A stretch of DNA of 64,000 bases, taken from positions 126,054 to 190,053 of the forward strand of contig CAWJKT010000003.1 in NCBI GenBank assembly GCA_963843375.1. The letters run 5' to 3'. This DNA comes from an uncultured Pseudomonadota bacterium. Its GTDB lineage: Bacteria > Oederibacteriota > Muellerivitia > Muellerivitales > Muellerivitaceae. Position numbers and translations under genes: made by a program. The notes under the pieces are model-generated. The model worked only from the letters and a program-made list of their open reading frames with translations, did no database searches and had not been told where the DNA came from. The number at the start of each line of letters is the position of its first letter. Within the stretch, counting starts at the first letter, position 1. Below, in pieces: positions 43,910 through 52,070 of this stretch.

Positions 43910-45781
43910 CTACTTAACTATGAGTAGTTTTCCCACCACTCTTTCGGACCCCTGGTTGATGACAATGTAATAAAGGCCATTCGCGAGGGTTTTGCCCCAA
44001 TGGTCTTTTAACTCTATCGTAGCCATTTGATTCCCCGCCGGAAGATCGCCTAAGTCCTCTTCCTGAATCTTTCGGAAAGCCGCAGTGAAGATTTGAAGTT
44101 TCACGTCCTCCGAAGCTACTAAGTTGAAAACCGTTTGAACCGGACCAGTTCCATTACCTGGATTTGGAAAAATTAGAATTTTCTCGGGTTCCAGAGTGGG
44201 TGTCAGTGTGAAAGTTCGGGTGAAAACAGGGGAAGGCGAGAGGCTTACGGTAGGGGTTGAAGTCGGGCTGCTTGTTGCAGTGTTCGTGTCCGTACCTGTC
44301 AGTGTATTGATGGGGGTAAAAGTATAAGTTGCGCTTGCCGTAACTGTGGCCGTGGACGAAAAGGTGGAAGAAAGAGTGCTTGTAGCAGTCGGTGTCAGGG
44401 TAGAGGTAGGGGTCGATGTGACCGTTACAGTGGGTGTTGAGGTTACCGTAAAACTGGAAGTTGGAGTGGTTGTGTCGGTTGCTGAGGACGAGGCCGTACT
44501 CGTCGCGGTCGTGGTTCCGGTTGAGGAAGGCGTGGGGGTACCGCTGAAAGTAAGGGTTAGGGTTGGGCTGGAAGTGGGTGTTATCGAGTCCGTAAGTGTA
44601 GGGGTAGAGGTCACGGTGGAAGTTGGCGTAACGGTAGGTGTGGATGAGACCGTACTCGTTGCGGTCGTTGTTCCCGTCGAGGATGGGGTGGGGGTTCCAG
44701 TGGAAATGAAGGTAAAAGTCGGGGTGGAAGTAGGAGTTGAGGTGGCAGTTAGGGTAGCGGTAGAAGTTACCGTAGACGTCGGGGATCTTGTTGGCGACGG
44801 AGTTGGCGTTCCAGTGGGTGTGCCAGACGCCGTCAGGGTGGGGGTACCAGTAGGCGTGGATGTGATCAAATTAGTGTCGGTAGAAGTCGCGGTTGTGGTG
44901 AGGGTTGATGAAATCGTTGCGGTAGGGGATTTAGTCGCGGTGCTGGTTGCCGAATTCGTCGGAGTAGACGTTACAGTTGAAGTGTAAGTCGGGGTCGGGC
45001 TGGATGTCGCCGAATTGGTTCGCGTGGCTGTAAAACTTGAGGTTGGGGATAAAGTTGAAGTACCTGTCGGGGTTAAGGAGGGCGTCGATGAAACGGTTGA
45101 GGTTGCTGTGAAAGTTGCGCTGGAAGTTGAGGTCCCAGTTAAAGTGTTGGTGGCGGTTAAAGTAAAGGTGGATGTCGGGGTCCGAGTAAGGGTTGAGGTA
45201 AAGGTTCCAGATGGCGTTGAAGAAAGGGTAAGTGTGGGACTGTTGGTTGCTGTCAAAGTTGGTGTGGGCGTTTGGGTGCTGGAAAAGGTGGAAGTCATCG
45301 TTAAAGTGGCCGTGTTCGCGGGTGTCGGGGTGGGTGTTCCTGTTGTCGTTTGGCTGGGCGTGAAAGTGATAACGGCGGCATTGACAATGAGGGTACAAGC
45401 CATTCCCCCGCAGCCCGTGGCGGTACAAGTCGTATTGTTGGGGTCGCATCCTGTGGCGTGATTACTGCAGTGGAAGAAATAAGTTCCTGGAGCATTAAAA
45501 ACTATGGTTAATCCGCTGGCAGGGTTTAAGCCATCCTCCATACAGGTCGTACCGCTATAGAGATAGAGTGGATGGATATTGGTATTGGTTGAATCCCAAG
45601 TCAAGGAATCGCCCGAGTTGATCGTAACGGCGGAAATAGCCGTCGTTGACCCTGTTGTAGTATATCGATATTGAGTTCCTGTAGGATTGATAACTCCAAT
45701 GGAAACAATAGCGGCCCGCAAAGAGGAAACTGGTGCCAAGGTGAAAAACAAGAATAAAATAAATATCCGGGTCAACAGCAT
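43910..45781 (-). CDS. Secreted cupredoxin-like domain + Thr/Ser/Pro stalk + T9SS-CTD-like domain
   Basis: TINSGDSLTW...HP...F.APGTYFFHCSNH...GMA.TL.V; about 400 aa T/S/P linker; IFPNP...G..LANGLYY...KLLIVK. Confidence 0.75.
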   Translation of the reverse strand: MLLTRIFILFLFFTLAPVSSLRAAIVSIGVINPTGTQYRYTTTGSTTAISAVTINSGDSLTWDSTNTNIHPLYLYSGTTCMEDGLNPASGLTIVFNAPGTYFFHCSNHATGCDPNNTTCTATGCGGMACTLIVNAAVITFTPSQTTTGTPTPTPANTATLTMTSTFSSTQTPTPTLTATNSPTLTLSSTPSGTFTSTLTRTPTSTFTLTATNTLTGTSTSSATFTATSTVSSTPSLTPTGTSTLSPTSSFTATRTNSATSSPTPTYTSTVTSTPTNSATSTATKSPTATISSTLTTTATSTDTNLITSTPTGTPTLTASGTPTGTPTPSPTRSPTSTVTSTATLTATSTPTSTPTFTFISTGTPTPSSTGTTTATSTVSSTPTVTPTSTVTSTPTLTDSITPTSSPTLTLTFSGTPTPSSTGTTTATSTASSSATDTTTPTSSFTVTSTPTVTVTSTPTSTLTPTATSTLSSTFSSTATVTASATYTFTPINTLTGTDTNTATSSPTSTPTVSLSPSPVFTRTFTLTPTLEPEKILIFPNPGNGTGPVQTVFNLVASEDVKLQIFTAAFRKIQEEDLGDLPAGNQMATIELKDHWGKTLANGLYYIVINQGSERVVGKLLIVK

Positions 45782-45840
45782 TTAATCGACTCCATATTGA
45801 TGCCAAATTCCTTGAAACACTAATAACGCCGTAACATAAC

Positions 45841-45866
45841 TAGTTCCTGGAAAGCCAAAATGTTAC
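45841..45866 (-). promoter_or_regulatory. Putative ECF sigma promoter of the cupredoxin/cytochrome-porin operon
   Basis: GTAAC-N16-AACTA on the minus strand, 60 nt upstream of ATG 45781. Confidence 0.65.
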
Positions 45867-46101
45867 CGGGGAGTTATTTAATAAATTGGAAATAGGGCTT
45901 ATATTTCCTGCAAAAACAGGGAGAATTTCACATTTGTGCCTAAACCCTGGGGTTTTCAACCTAACTGAATTCTGAAAAAGTCCTAAAATCGGACCTTTTC
46001 CCCTTTGCGAATGAGCCTTGGAGGTAAAAACCCAAAATCTGGGGGCCGTTCCATACCTTACCATTCAGTGCTGGGAAATATTATTAAAGCTCTGTGTTAA
46101 A

Positions 46102-46127
46102 GTAACTTTGTCGCTGGATGCCAACTA
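46102..46127 (+). promoter_or_regulatory. Putative autoregulatory ECF sigma promoter
   Basis: Same GTAAC-N16-AACTA spacing upstream of the AAGGAG RBS and TTG 46151. Confidence 0.65.
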
Positions 46128-46150
46128 TTGATAGTCAAGGAGTTTGTCTT

Positions 46151-46714
46151 TTGGATTTCAAAGACGACCAATGGCAAACTTGGACCCTGTTGATGAAGCA
46201 AACCCAGGGAGGGGATCAGAAAGCTTACGAACGCCTGCTGATGGAAATCAGCCCCTTGGTTTTTAATCTTGTCCGCAAAAGGGTCTTCAATAAGGAACAC
46301 GTCGAGGATGTGTATCAGGAAGTGCTTTTGACCTTCCACAAGGCCAAGCACACTTACCGGACCGACTTGCCATTCGGTCCTTGGTTTTTTGCCGTGATCC
46401 GCAACTCCATATGGAACGCCTTGCAAAAGAACCGCAAGATTGCGCAACGCGAAGTCCCAATGGATGATTTAACTGAGTTCGCCGCATTGGAAGTGGCTGA
46501 AGATAAGATCGACGATCGTCTTCGCCGGGCCCTGGAATCCCTCCCGGAGATATATCGGGGTGCGGTGGACCGATTGAAGTTTAAGGGAATGACGGTGGAA
46601 GTAGCAGCGAAGGAACTTGGGATTTCGAAGATCGCCCTGCGGGTGAGGGCCCACAGGGGATACAGCCTTTTAAGGAAGTTTTTGACGGCGCAAAAGGAAA
46701 AAGCCAATGAATGA
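46151..46714 (+). CDS. ECF RNA polymerase sigma factor (SigF/NrsF-coupled type)
   Basis: GDQKAY..L, EDVYQE..L..H....TY....PF.PW and region 4 LP..YR...VRAHRG; AAGGAG RBS supports TTG 46151. Confidence 0.9.
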   Translation: MDFKDDQWQTWTLLMKQTQGGDQKAYERLLMEISPLVFNLVRKRVFNKEHVEDVYQEVLLTFHKAKHTYRTDLPFGPWFFAVIRNSIWNALQKNRKIAQREVPMDDLTEFAALEVAEDKIDDRLRRALESLPEIYRGAVDRLKFKGMTVEVAAKELGISKIALRVRAHRGYSLLRKFLTAQKEKANE

Positions 46715-47402
46715 ACGGATTCAACCTAATCCCAATTTAAAGGGGCTGCCTGATTTCCAACGGCGTCTGGTGGAACGGCTTGCCTCGGAGGCGAAACCCC
46801 ACAAACCCATTCCAAGTGTCTTCCAACAATGGCTGGTTTGGTTTGGCTTTGCCCTGCTGGTGGTGGGAATCGCTTTGTCCTTAATCGGTCCCCAGTTCGA
46901 GATCGTGGAGAGACTTACCGATTTATCGTCGGGTGGTTTCTTGTTGCTGGCTTTTGCCTTGTCCGCGTTCATGGCCTGGATGGGCATCGCCTCTAGCATG
47001 CCCGACCATCGGCCCCGACCGGCGCCGCGGATTTTCGCCTGCGTTCTCGTCCTTTTTCTTTTCAGCATGCCTTTTCTATTTTTCGAAAAGGACAACCTTT
47101 CACAGGTATGGGCGCTCAATATGACCGACGGATGGTTTTGCGTGAGGACAGTGTTGTTAGTAGCCTTTCCTTCATGGGTAATGCTGGGCTGGATGGCTTC
47201 CCGTAACGCTTCTTTTCATCCCGGATGGACCGGAGCTTGGCTGGGAGCTTCGGCCTTTCTTTTGGGGACGGGAACTATTCAACTTCATTGCGCCCATTGG
47301 GAAACCTGCCACATGCTGGTGGACCACCTGCTTCCTCTCGTATTATTGATATTTCTGCCGATTTGGGTGGGGGGCTACTGGTTTTCGCGTTGGATGAAAT
47401 AA
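46707..47402 (+). CDS. NrsF/DUF1109-family membrane anti-sigma factor
   Basis: About 6 TM segments, GWFC and LHC......H motifs; overlaps the sigma stop codon. Confidence 0.82.
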   Translation: MNERIQPNPNLKGLPDFQRRLVERLASEAKPHKPIPSVFQQWLVWFGFALLVVGIALSLIGPQFEIVERLTDLSSGGFLLLAFALSAFMAWMGIASSMPDHRPRPAPRIFACVLVLFLFSMPFLFFEKDNLSQVWALNMTDGWFCVRTVLLVAFPSWVMLGWMASRNASFHPGWTGAWLGASAFLLGTGTIQLHCAHWETCHMLVDHLLPLVLLIFLPIWVGGYWFSRWMK

Positions 47403-47429
47403 AATTTTGGTTTGCCTTTCGGCCATCCC

Positions 47430-48422
47430 TCACTTGATATAAACATCTTCCTTCTTTTGGATTTTGTCGTTGATCACCGTCGAATCAAGGTTCTTCGCGT
47501 CAACCGCCTCGGGCGTTAAAAGCACTGACCGAACTTTTTCTTGGCCGTTTTCTACCTCCACGAACTGGCAATCAAACTGGGTGGCCTTGCGGGCCAGTTT
47601 AGCCGCCAGGTAGGCTGCTTCTTCAGCCAGCTTTTGGGGAGGATGGTAAACTGTCATCCATTGCGAGCCGGAGGCGATTCTTTGGCAGGTATAAAGGTCC
47701 TGGCCCAGGCCAGCCACCGCAACTTTCTGGATAATCTTCGCTTTTTCCAAAGCTTGGATAACCCCTTTGGCCATTTCATTGTCTGGAGTCAGGACTGCGT
47801 CCACTTTATTTTTCTGCAGGTTTAAAATGGTTTCCATTTCCTCTGCAGCTTCAGAATGGGGAGTCCAGTGAGCAGCCGCGATTTGGATATTACCCTGGTC
47901 AATGAGAGGTTGAAGCACTTTCATTTGTCCTACCCGGAGTTCCTTGGAAACTGTATCCGCCGAGTCTCCTCCTAGGAGGACATAACGTCCCTTGGGAATC
48001 TTCCGTACAAGCGCCTGGGCTTGCAATTCGCCTGCCTTCACGTTGTTGAATCCAATGAGGTAATCCAAGTCGCAATCCGGGATAGGCTGTTCCAGGGAGA
48101 TCACTTTGATTCCGGCTTGGTGTGCGGCTTTTACCAAAGGCGCTGCTTTCGAGGGGTCATTCGGGAGAAGCACCAGGACAAGGATGCCCTGGTGAATCAA
48201 TTCCTGAACCTGGCTTTCCTGAGCCGCGGGGTCATCCTTTGCGTCTTTGACCAATAGTTCAGCCCGGTTGTCTCCCATGGCCTCCCGCAACTTTTGAATC
48301 AAAACCTCACGACCCGCGAGGTGGTCCACAAAAAAGCCGATTTTGACGGTGGGACCCCAGTGGCCCCAGCCGGTTAAAAACAAAAAGGCGACACACACGA
48401 TGAAGTAAATTCTAACACCCAT
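47430..48422 (-). CDS. XylF-like sugar ABC substrate-binding protein (orphan)
   Basis: Q..Q...LI..G, AH.AGIKVI, F.N..AG.LQA, ND.MA.G, G.Q.MTVY.P...LA. Confidence 0.82.
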   Translation of the reverse strand: MGVRIYFIVCVAFLFLTGWGHWGPTVKIGFFVDHLAGREVLIQKLREAMGDNRAELLVKDAKDDPAAQESQVQELIHQGILVLVLLPNDPSKAAPLVKAAHQAGIKVISLEQPIPDCDLDYLIGFNNVKAGELQAQALVRKIPKGRYVLLGGDSADTVSKELRVGQMKVLQPLIDQGNIQIAAAHWTPHSEAAEEMETILNLQKNKVDAVLTPDNEMAKGVIQALEKAKIIQKVAVAGLGQDLYTCQRIASGSQWMTVYHPPQKLAEEAAYLAAKLARKATQFDCQFVEVENGQEKVRSVLLTPEAVDAKNLDSTVINDKIQKKEDVYIK

Positions 48423-48588
48423 GGTTTCCTCGGTTTGCGGGATGAGTCAAGAGCTGTTTATAATTTTATAATTATAGATTAGGAGAGGGAACGGATTGCA
48501 GTGAAATAGCAAGGGAAATAAGCTGAAACGCCGCCTAAAATTTTTACCCGGTTGCGGAACCCTGAGTTCGGCGCTAAAGTTTGACAGA

Positions 48589-49407
48589 GTGAAAACCATC
48601 CCGAAACGGGCTTTGAAAGGAAAGCGATCCTCGATGAAACGGATGAAAATTGGTTTATTTAAACGCGTCTTCCTGTTGGGGTTCGTTTATTGGGGTGCCC
48701 AGGCCTTTTCGCCTTCGATATCATTCGCGCAAGAAGACGACCCGGGGATCATCCGAACCCTGGAGATTGATTCGGCGCAGGTTGAAAACGCCTATTACCT
48801 CGAGGCGACTTTTGACAATGACAGTTCATCCCATCATTTGTTTTATTTGTATGGCGAGGGGTTATTCGAACTAACTAAAAATTTAGGTTTGGAGGCTGAT
48901 TTTCCGACTCTGGATACCGAGGAACCTTTGGGACAGGGCCCGGCGATTTTGGGGCCTATCGGGCTCAATTTGCGATACGAGTTTTATCATTTCGGTGGAT
49001 GGAGCAGCGAGACGGCGGGTGCTTTTTCCATTGAGGGAGGCGGAGCCTACGGTTTTAGCAATAAAACTTTCCCATGGATTGGAAGCAGTTGGACTTTGGA
49101 AGCATTAGGGGGCTACCGGGTTGGGAAGTTCTTCCTTCAAGGGAACTATAGTTACCAAGGGGCTATTGATCCCCAGGTTCCTGATGAGTGTCAGGCTAAC
49201 ACGGGCTTAGGTTACCGACTCGGTTCCGATTGGTATATCCAGGGGGAAGCGGATTTCACGGCTATAACCGGAACCATTAGCAATTCTTCCTGGGTCTTTA
49301 TTCCTCAAATTGCCTTCCAGCCAGGAGAATGGCTATTTGAAGCAGGTGAATCCCTTAACCAAACGCCTGCGGGTTATACCGAATTGATGGTGGCCCGTAC
49401 TTTTTAA
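48589..49407 (+). CDS. Hypothetical secreted beta-barrel-like protein (start uncertain)
   Basis: Signal-like segment ending SFA-Q; amphipathic strands; terminal Phe. Confidence 0.55.
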   Translation: MKTIPKRALKGKRSSMKRMKIGLFKRVFLLGFVYWGAQAFSPSISFAQEDDPGIIRTLEIDSAQVENAYYLEATFDNDSSSHHLFYLYGEGLFELTKNLGLEADFPTLDTEEPLGQGPAILGPIGLNLRYEFYHFGGWSSETAGAFSIEGGGAYGFSNKTFPWIGSSWTLEALGGYRVGKFFLQGNYSYQGAIDPQVPDECQANTGLGYRLGSDWYIQGEADFTAITGTISNSSWVFIPQIAFQPGEWLFEAGESLNQTPAGYTELMVARTF

Positions 49408-49679
49408 CCCCATTTCGGGTTTTATTGCATCAATCTCGTTTTCGGTTTTGATTTTGAGGTCGGAATTCCTGAACCCCCTATTTGTTTTCGAAAAAGAGTT
49501 CTTGCCAGGAAAATTAGGGAAACCTATTTAAAATCTGCATACAGATTTGTAAGAACCACTTTCCCGATCTGGGAGAAACAGCATCTTCATTCAGAAACCG
49601 TAATTATTAGCCTCGATTGAAGGTGTTTGCGGGAATCTTTTTTGTTTCCGAAAATCCAAAGGAAACGGTAAAGCTGATA

Positions 49680-49940
49680 TTACAGAGTTTCGTGCCGTTC
49701 CGAAGCTTCGGAAATGAAGACGGCGATAAAATAAATATCACATGTGACCATGACACAACAATAGATTGTTATGACACAGGTGAAAAAATGATGTTGGTCC
49801 CATAATTCGTTCCAAGCTTGAGCGAGCGTATAGTTGGGGAGTTGGGAAAGGTTGAGTAAACTTGCGGCGAGGAAGACAATTCCAATTATGGTCAAAATGC
49901 CAAGGTAGGTTAGGATCTGTGATTTTTTTATGAGGAACAC
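49680..49940 (-). CDS. Small hypothetical membrane protein
   Basis: Two hydrophobic segments; GGAGG RBS before the GTG. Confidence 0.45.
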   Translation of the reverse strand: MFLIKKSQILTYLGILTIIGIVFLAASLLNLSQLPNYTLAQAWNELWDQHHFFTCVITIYCCVMVTCDIYFIAVFISEASERHETL

Positions 49941-50163
49941 CCTCCACTTAAAAAATACTACTAAACGTACCGTACCATGGCCTAAAAATAAAAGATAGAG
50001 CCCGATTCTAATAGAGCCTCAAGTTTTTTTAGTTCAACCCTAGTCCACTTTTTTGTAGGCCAAGCATTAACAATTGTTAATTTTAAATACTTTCGTTTAA
50101 CTTTTAATTTTTTCGTATTTTGTATTTCAATGAAGAAAAAGGTTGTTCGAGAACTTATTTCCT

Positions 50164-50179
50164 TGGCACGATGATTGCT
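50164..50179 (+). promoter_or_regulatory. sigma54 -24/-12 promoter of glnA
   Basis: TGGCAC-gatga-TTGCT. Confidence 0.8.
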
Positions 50180-50333
50180 CGTCCCTCTAACTGGATTCTC
50201 TCGCCCTTTGGATCGGAAGAAAATGAAGAAAAAAAATAAAAAAAATCGGCCTTTCCTGAAGCCGGTCAAGGCTGGACGCCGCCCCAAAAGTCGGAAGAAC
50301 CCTAAAGCATCAAATTTTCTAAGGAGGGCTGGC

Positions 50334-51749
50334 ATGACCACTAAAGAAGTCATGGAGTTAATCAAGCAAAAAGATGTGAAATACGTGGATTTTCGGTTTA
50401 TTGACCTTCCCGGCATCTGGCAGCACACCACCTCACCGGTAAAGTTTTTCGACGAGGATGTTTTCAAGGACGGGAAAGGTTTTGACGGGTCATCCATTCG
50501 GGGATTCCAAGCCATCAACGAGTCTGATATGCTCTTGATTCCCGACCCAAACAGCGCCTTCATTGATCCCTTTTTCAAGGAGCCGACGCTGGTCATGACC
50601 TGTAACGTAATTGATCCGGTGACCCGGGAATCCTATTCACGAGATCCTCGTTATGTGGCTCAAAAAGCCGAGAAATACCTGGGAACCACTGGCATCGCAG
50701 ACATTTCCTATTGGGGTCCAGAAGCGGAGTTCTTCATTTTCAACGATATGAAGTTCGACCAGAACATGCACAGCGGCTATTACTTCGTGGATTCTACCGA
50801 GGCCTTGTGGAACACGGGCAAGGACGAGGGTCCGAATTTGGCCTATAAAATCCGCAATAAGGAAGGGTATTTCCCGGTGCCGCCTGCGGACAGCCAGATG
50901 GACATCCGTTCCGAGATGGTGACCCTGATGCAGCAACTGGGAATCCCGATTGAAACCCACCATCACGAGGTAGCCACGGGAGGCCAGGCTGAGATTGACA
51001 TGGTATTCGATTCACTGACTAACATGGCAGACAAGCTTTTGAAGTACAAATACGTAGTGAAAAGCGTTGCCCGTGAGCACAACATGGTGGCTACCTTCAT
51101 GCCAAAACCCCTTTTCGGAGATAACGGAAGTGGCATGCACGTTCATCAGTCTATCTGGAAGGGAAGCACCAACGCTATGTACGACGAAAACGGTTACGCG
51201 GGCTTCTCGCAGACGGGCCTTTATTATATCGGGGGTCTTCTGAAGCATGCCCGGGCCCTCTGCGCCTTCATTTGCCCAACCGTCAACAGCTACAAGCGTT
51301 TGACTCCCGGTTTCGAGGCGCCTGTGAACCTGGTTTATAGCCAGCGCAACCGCTCGGCGGCTTGTCGAATTCCGCTTTATTCAAAGAGCCCGAAGGCCAA
51401 GCGGGTTGAGTTCCGTACTCCCGACCCATCTTGCAACCCTTATCTGGCCTTTTCGGCCATGTTGATGGCGGGATTGGACGGAATCCAGAACAAGATCGAT
51501 CCTGGTCCTCCGCACGACATGAATCTTTACGAACTGGGAGCTAAGGAACTTAAGAAGGTAAAAAATGTGCCCAGTTCTCTGAACGAGTCTTTGGACGCTC
51601 TGGAGGAAGACCAAGAATTCCTGTTAAAGGGCGGGGTCTTTACGCCGGATTTAATCGAGGAGTGGATTAACTACAAGCGGAGCAAAGAAATCGACGCGAT
51701 CCGTTTGCGGCCTCATCCTTATGAGTTTGTGCTTTACCACGATATTTAG
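50334..51749 (+). CDS. glnA: Glutamine synthetase type I
   Basis: FDGSSI.G, GPEAEFF, HHHEVA, FMPKP.FGDNGSGMH, NRSA..RIP, adenylylation-type MNLY and RPHPYEF; AAGGAGG RBS. Confidence 0.97.
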   Translation: MTTKEVMELIKQKDVKYVDFRFIDLPGIWQHTTSPVKFFDEDVFKDGKGFDGSSIRGFQAINESDMLLIPDPNSAFIDPFFKEPTLVMTCNVIDPVTRESYSRDPRYVAQKAEKYLGTTGIADISYWGPEAEFFIFNDMKFDQNMHSGYYFVDSTEALWNTGKDEGPNLAYKIRNKEGYFPVPPADSQMDIRSEMVTLMQQLGIPIETHHHEVATGGQAEIDMVFDSLTNMADKLLKYKYVVKSVAREHNMVATFMPKPLFGDNGSGMHVHQSIWKGSTNAMYDENGYAGFSQTGLYYIGGLLKHARALCAFICPTVNSYKRLTPGFEAPVNLVYSQRNRSAACRIPLYSKSPKAKRVEFRTPDPSCNPYLAFSAMLMAGLDGIQNKIDPGPPHDMNLYELGAKELKKVKNVPSSLNESLDALEEDQEFLLKGGVFTPDLIEEWINYKRSKEIDAIRLRPHPYEFVLYHDI

Positions 51750-51777
51750 ATTTTGTTATTAAAACCTAGCCGCACCC

Positions 51778-51808
51778 AAGGCCCAATCTTTTGTGATTGG
51801 GCCTTTTT
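51778..51808 (+). terminator. Intrinsic terminator after glnA
   Basis: AAGGCCCAATC-ttttgt-GATTGGGCCTT plus T-run. Confidence 0.85.
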
Positions 51809-52006
51809 ATTAATTTTTTTAAAAAAAGAGTTGAAGGATTTTTTAACCTCAAAAAGGCTGGTTTTAATCAATCCATTCGTGTCGTAATTGCCAATAATGT
51901 TGATTAATACAAATAATGTAGTGATGGTTTAAATCGGTTTTATTTTGCAGGGCTCGGAAAACTAACAATTTACTAACACATTTTAAATATTTAATAATTT
52001 TTTTTA

Positions 52007-52022
52007 TGGCATGAGAGTTGCC
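52007..52022 (+). promoter_or_regulatory. sigma54 -24/-12 promoter of the permease-PII gene
   Basis: TGGCAT-gagag-TTGCC. Confidence 0.7.
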
Positions 52023-52070
52023 TTTTAACCCCCGACATTAAGTTCAGTTATTCCACCACAGGAGGAAATT

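Noticed and set aside
50175..50333. Basic N-terminal extension of GlnA
   Set aside because: The ORF start overlaps the sigma54 promoter and a strong AAGGAGG RBS precedes ATG 50334; a start at ATG 50223 cannot be fully excluded.
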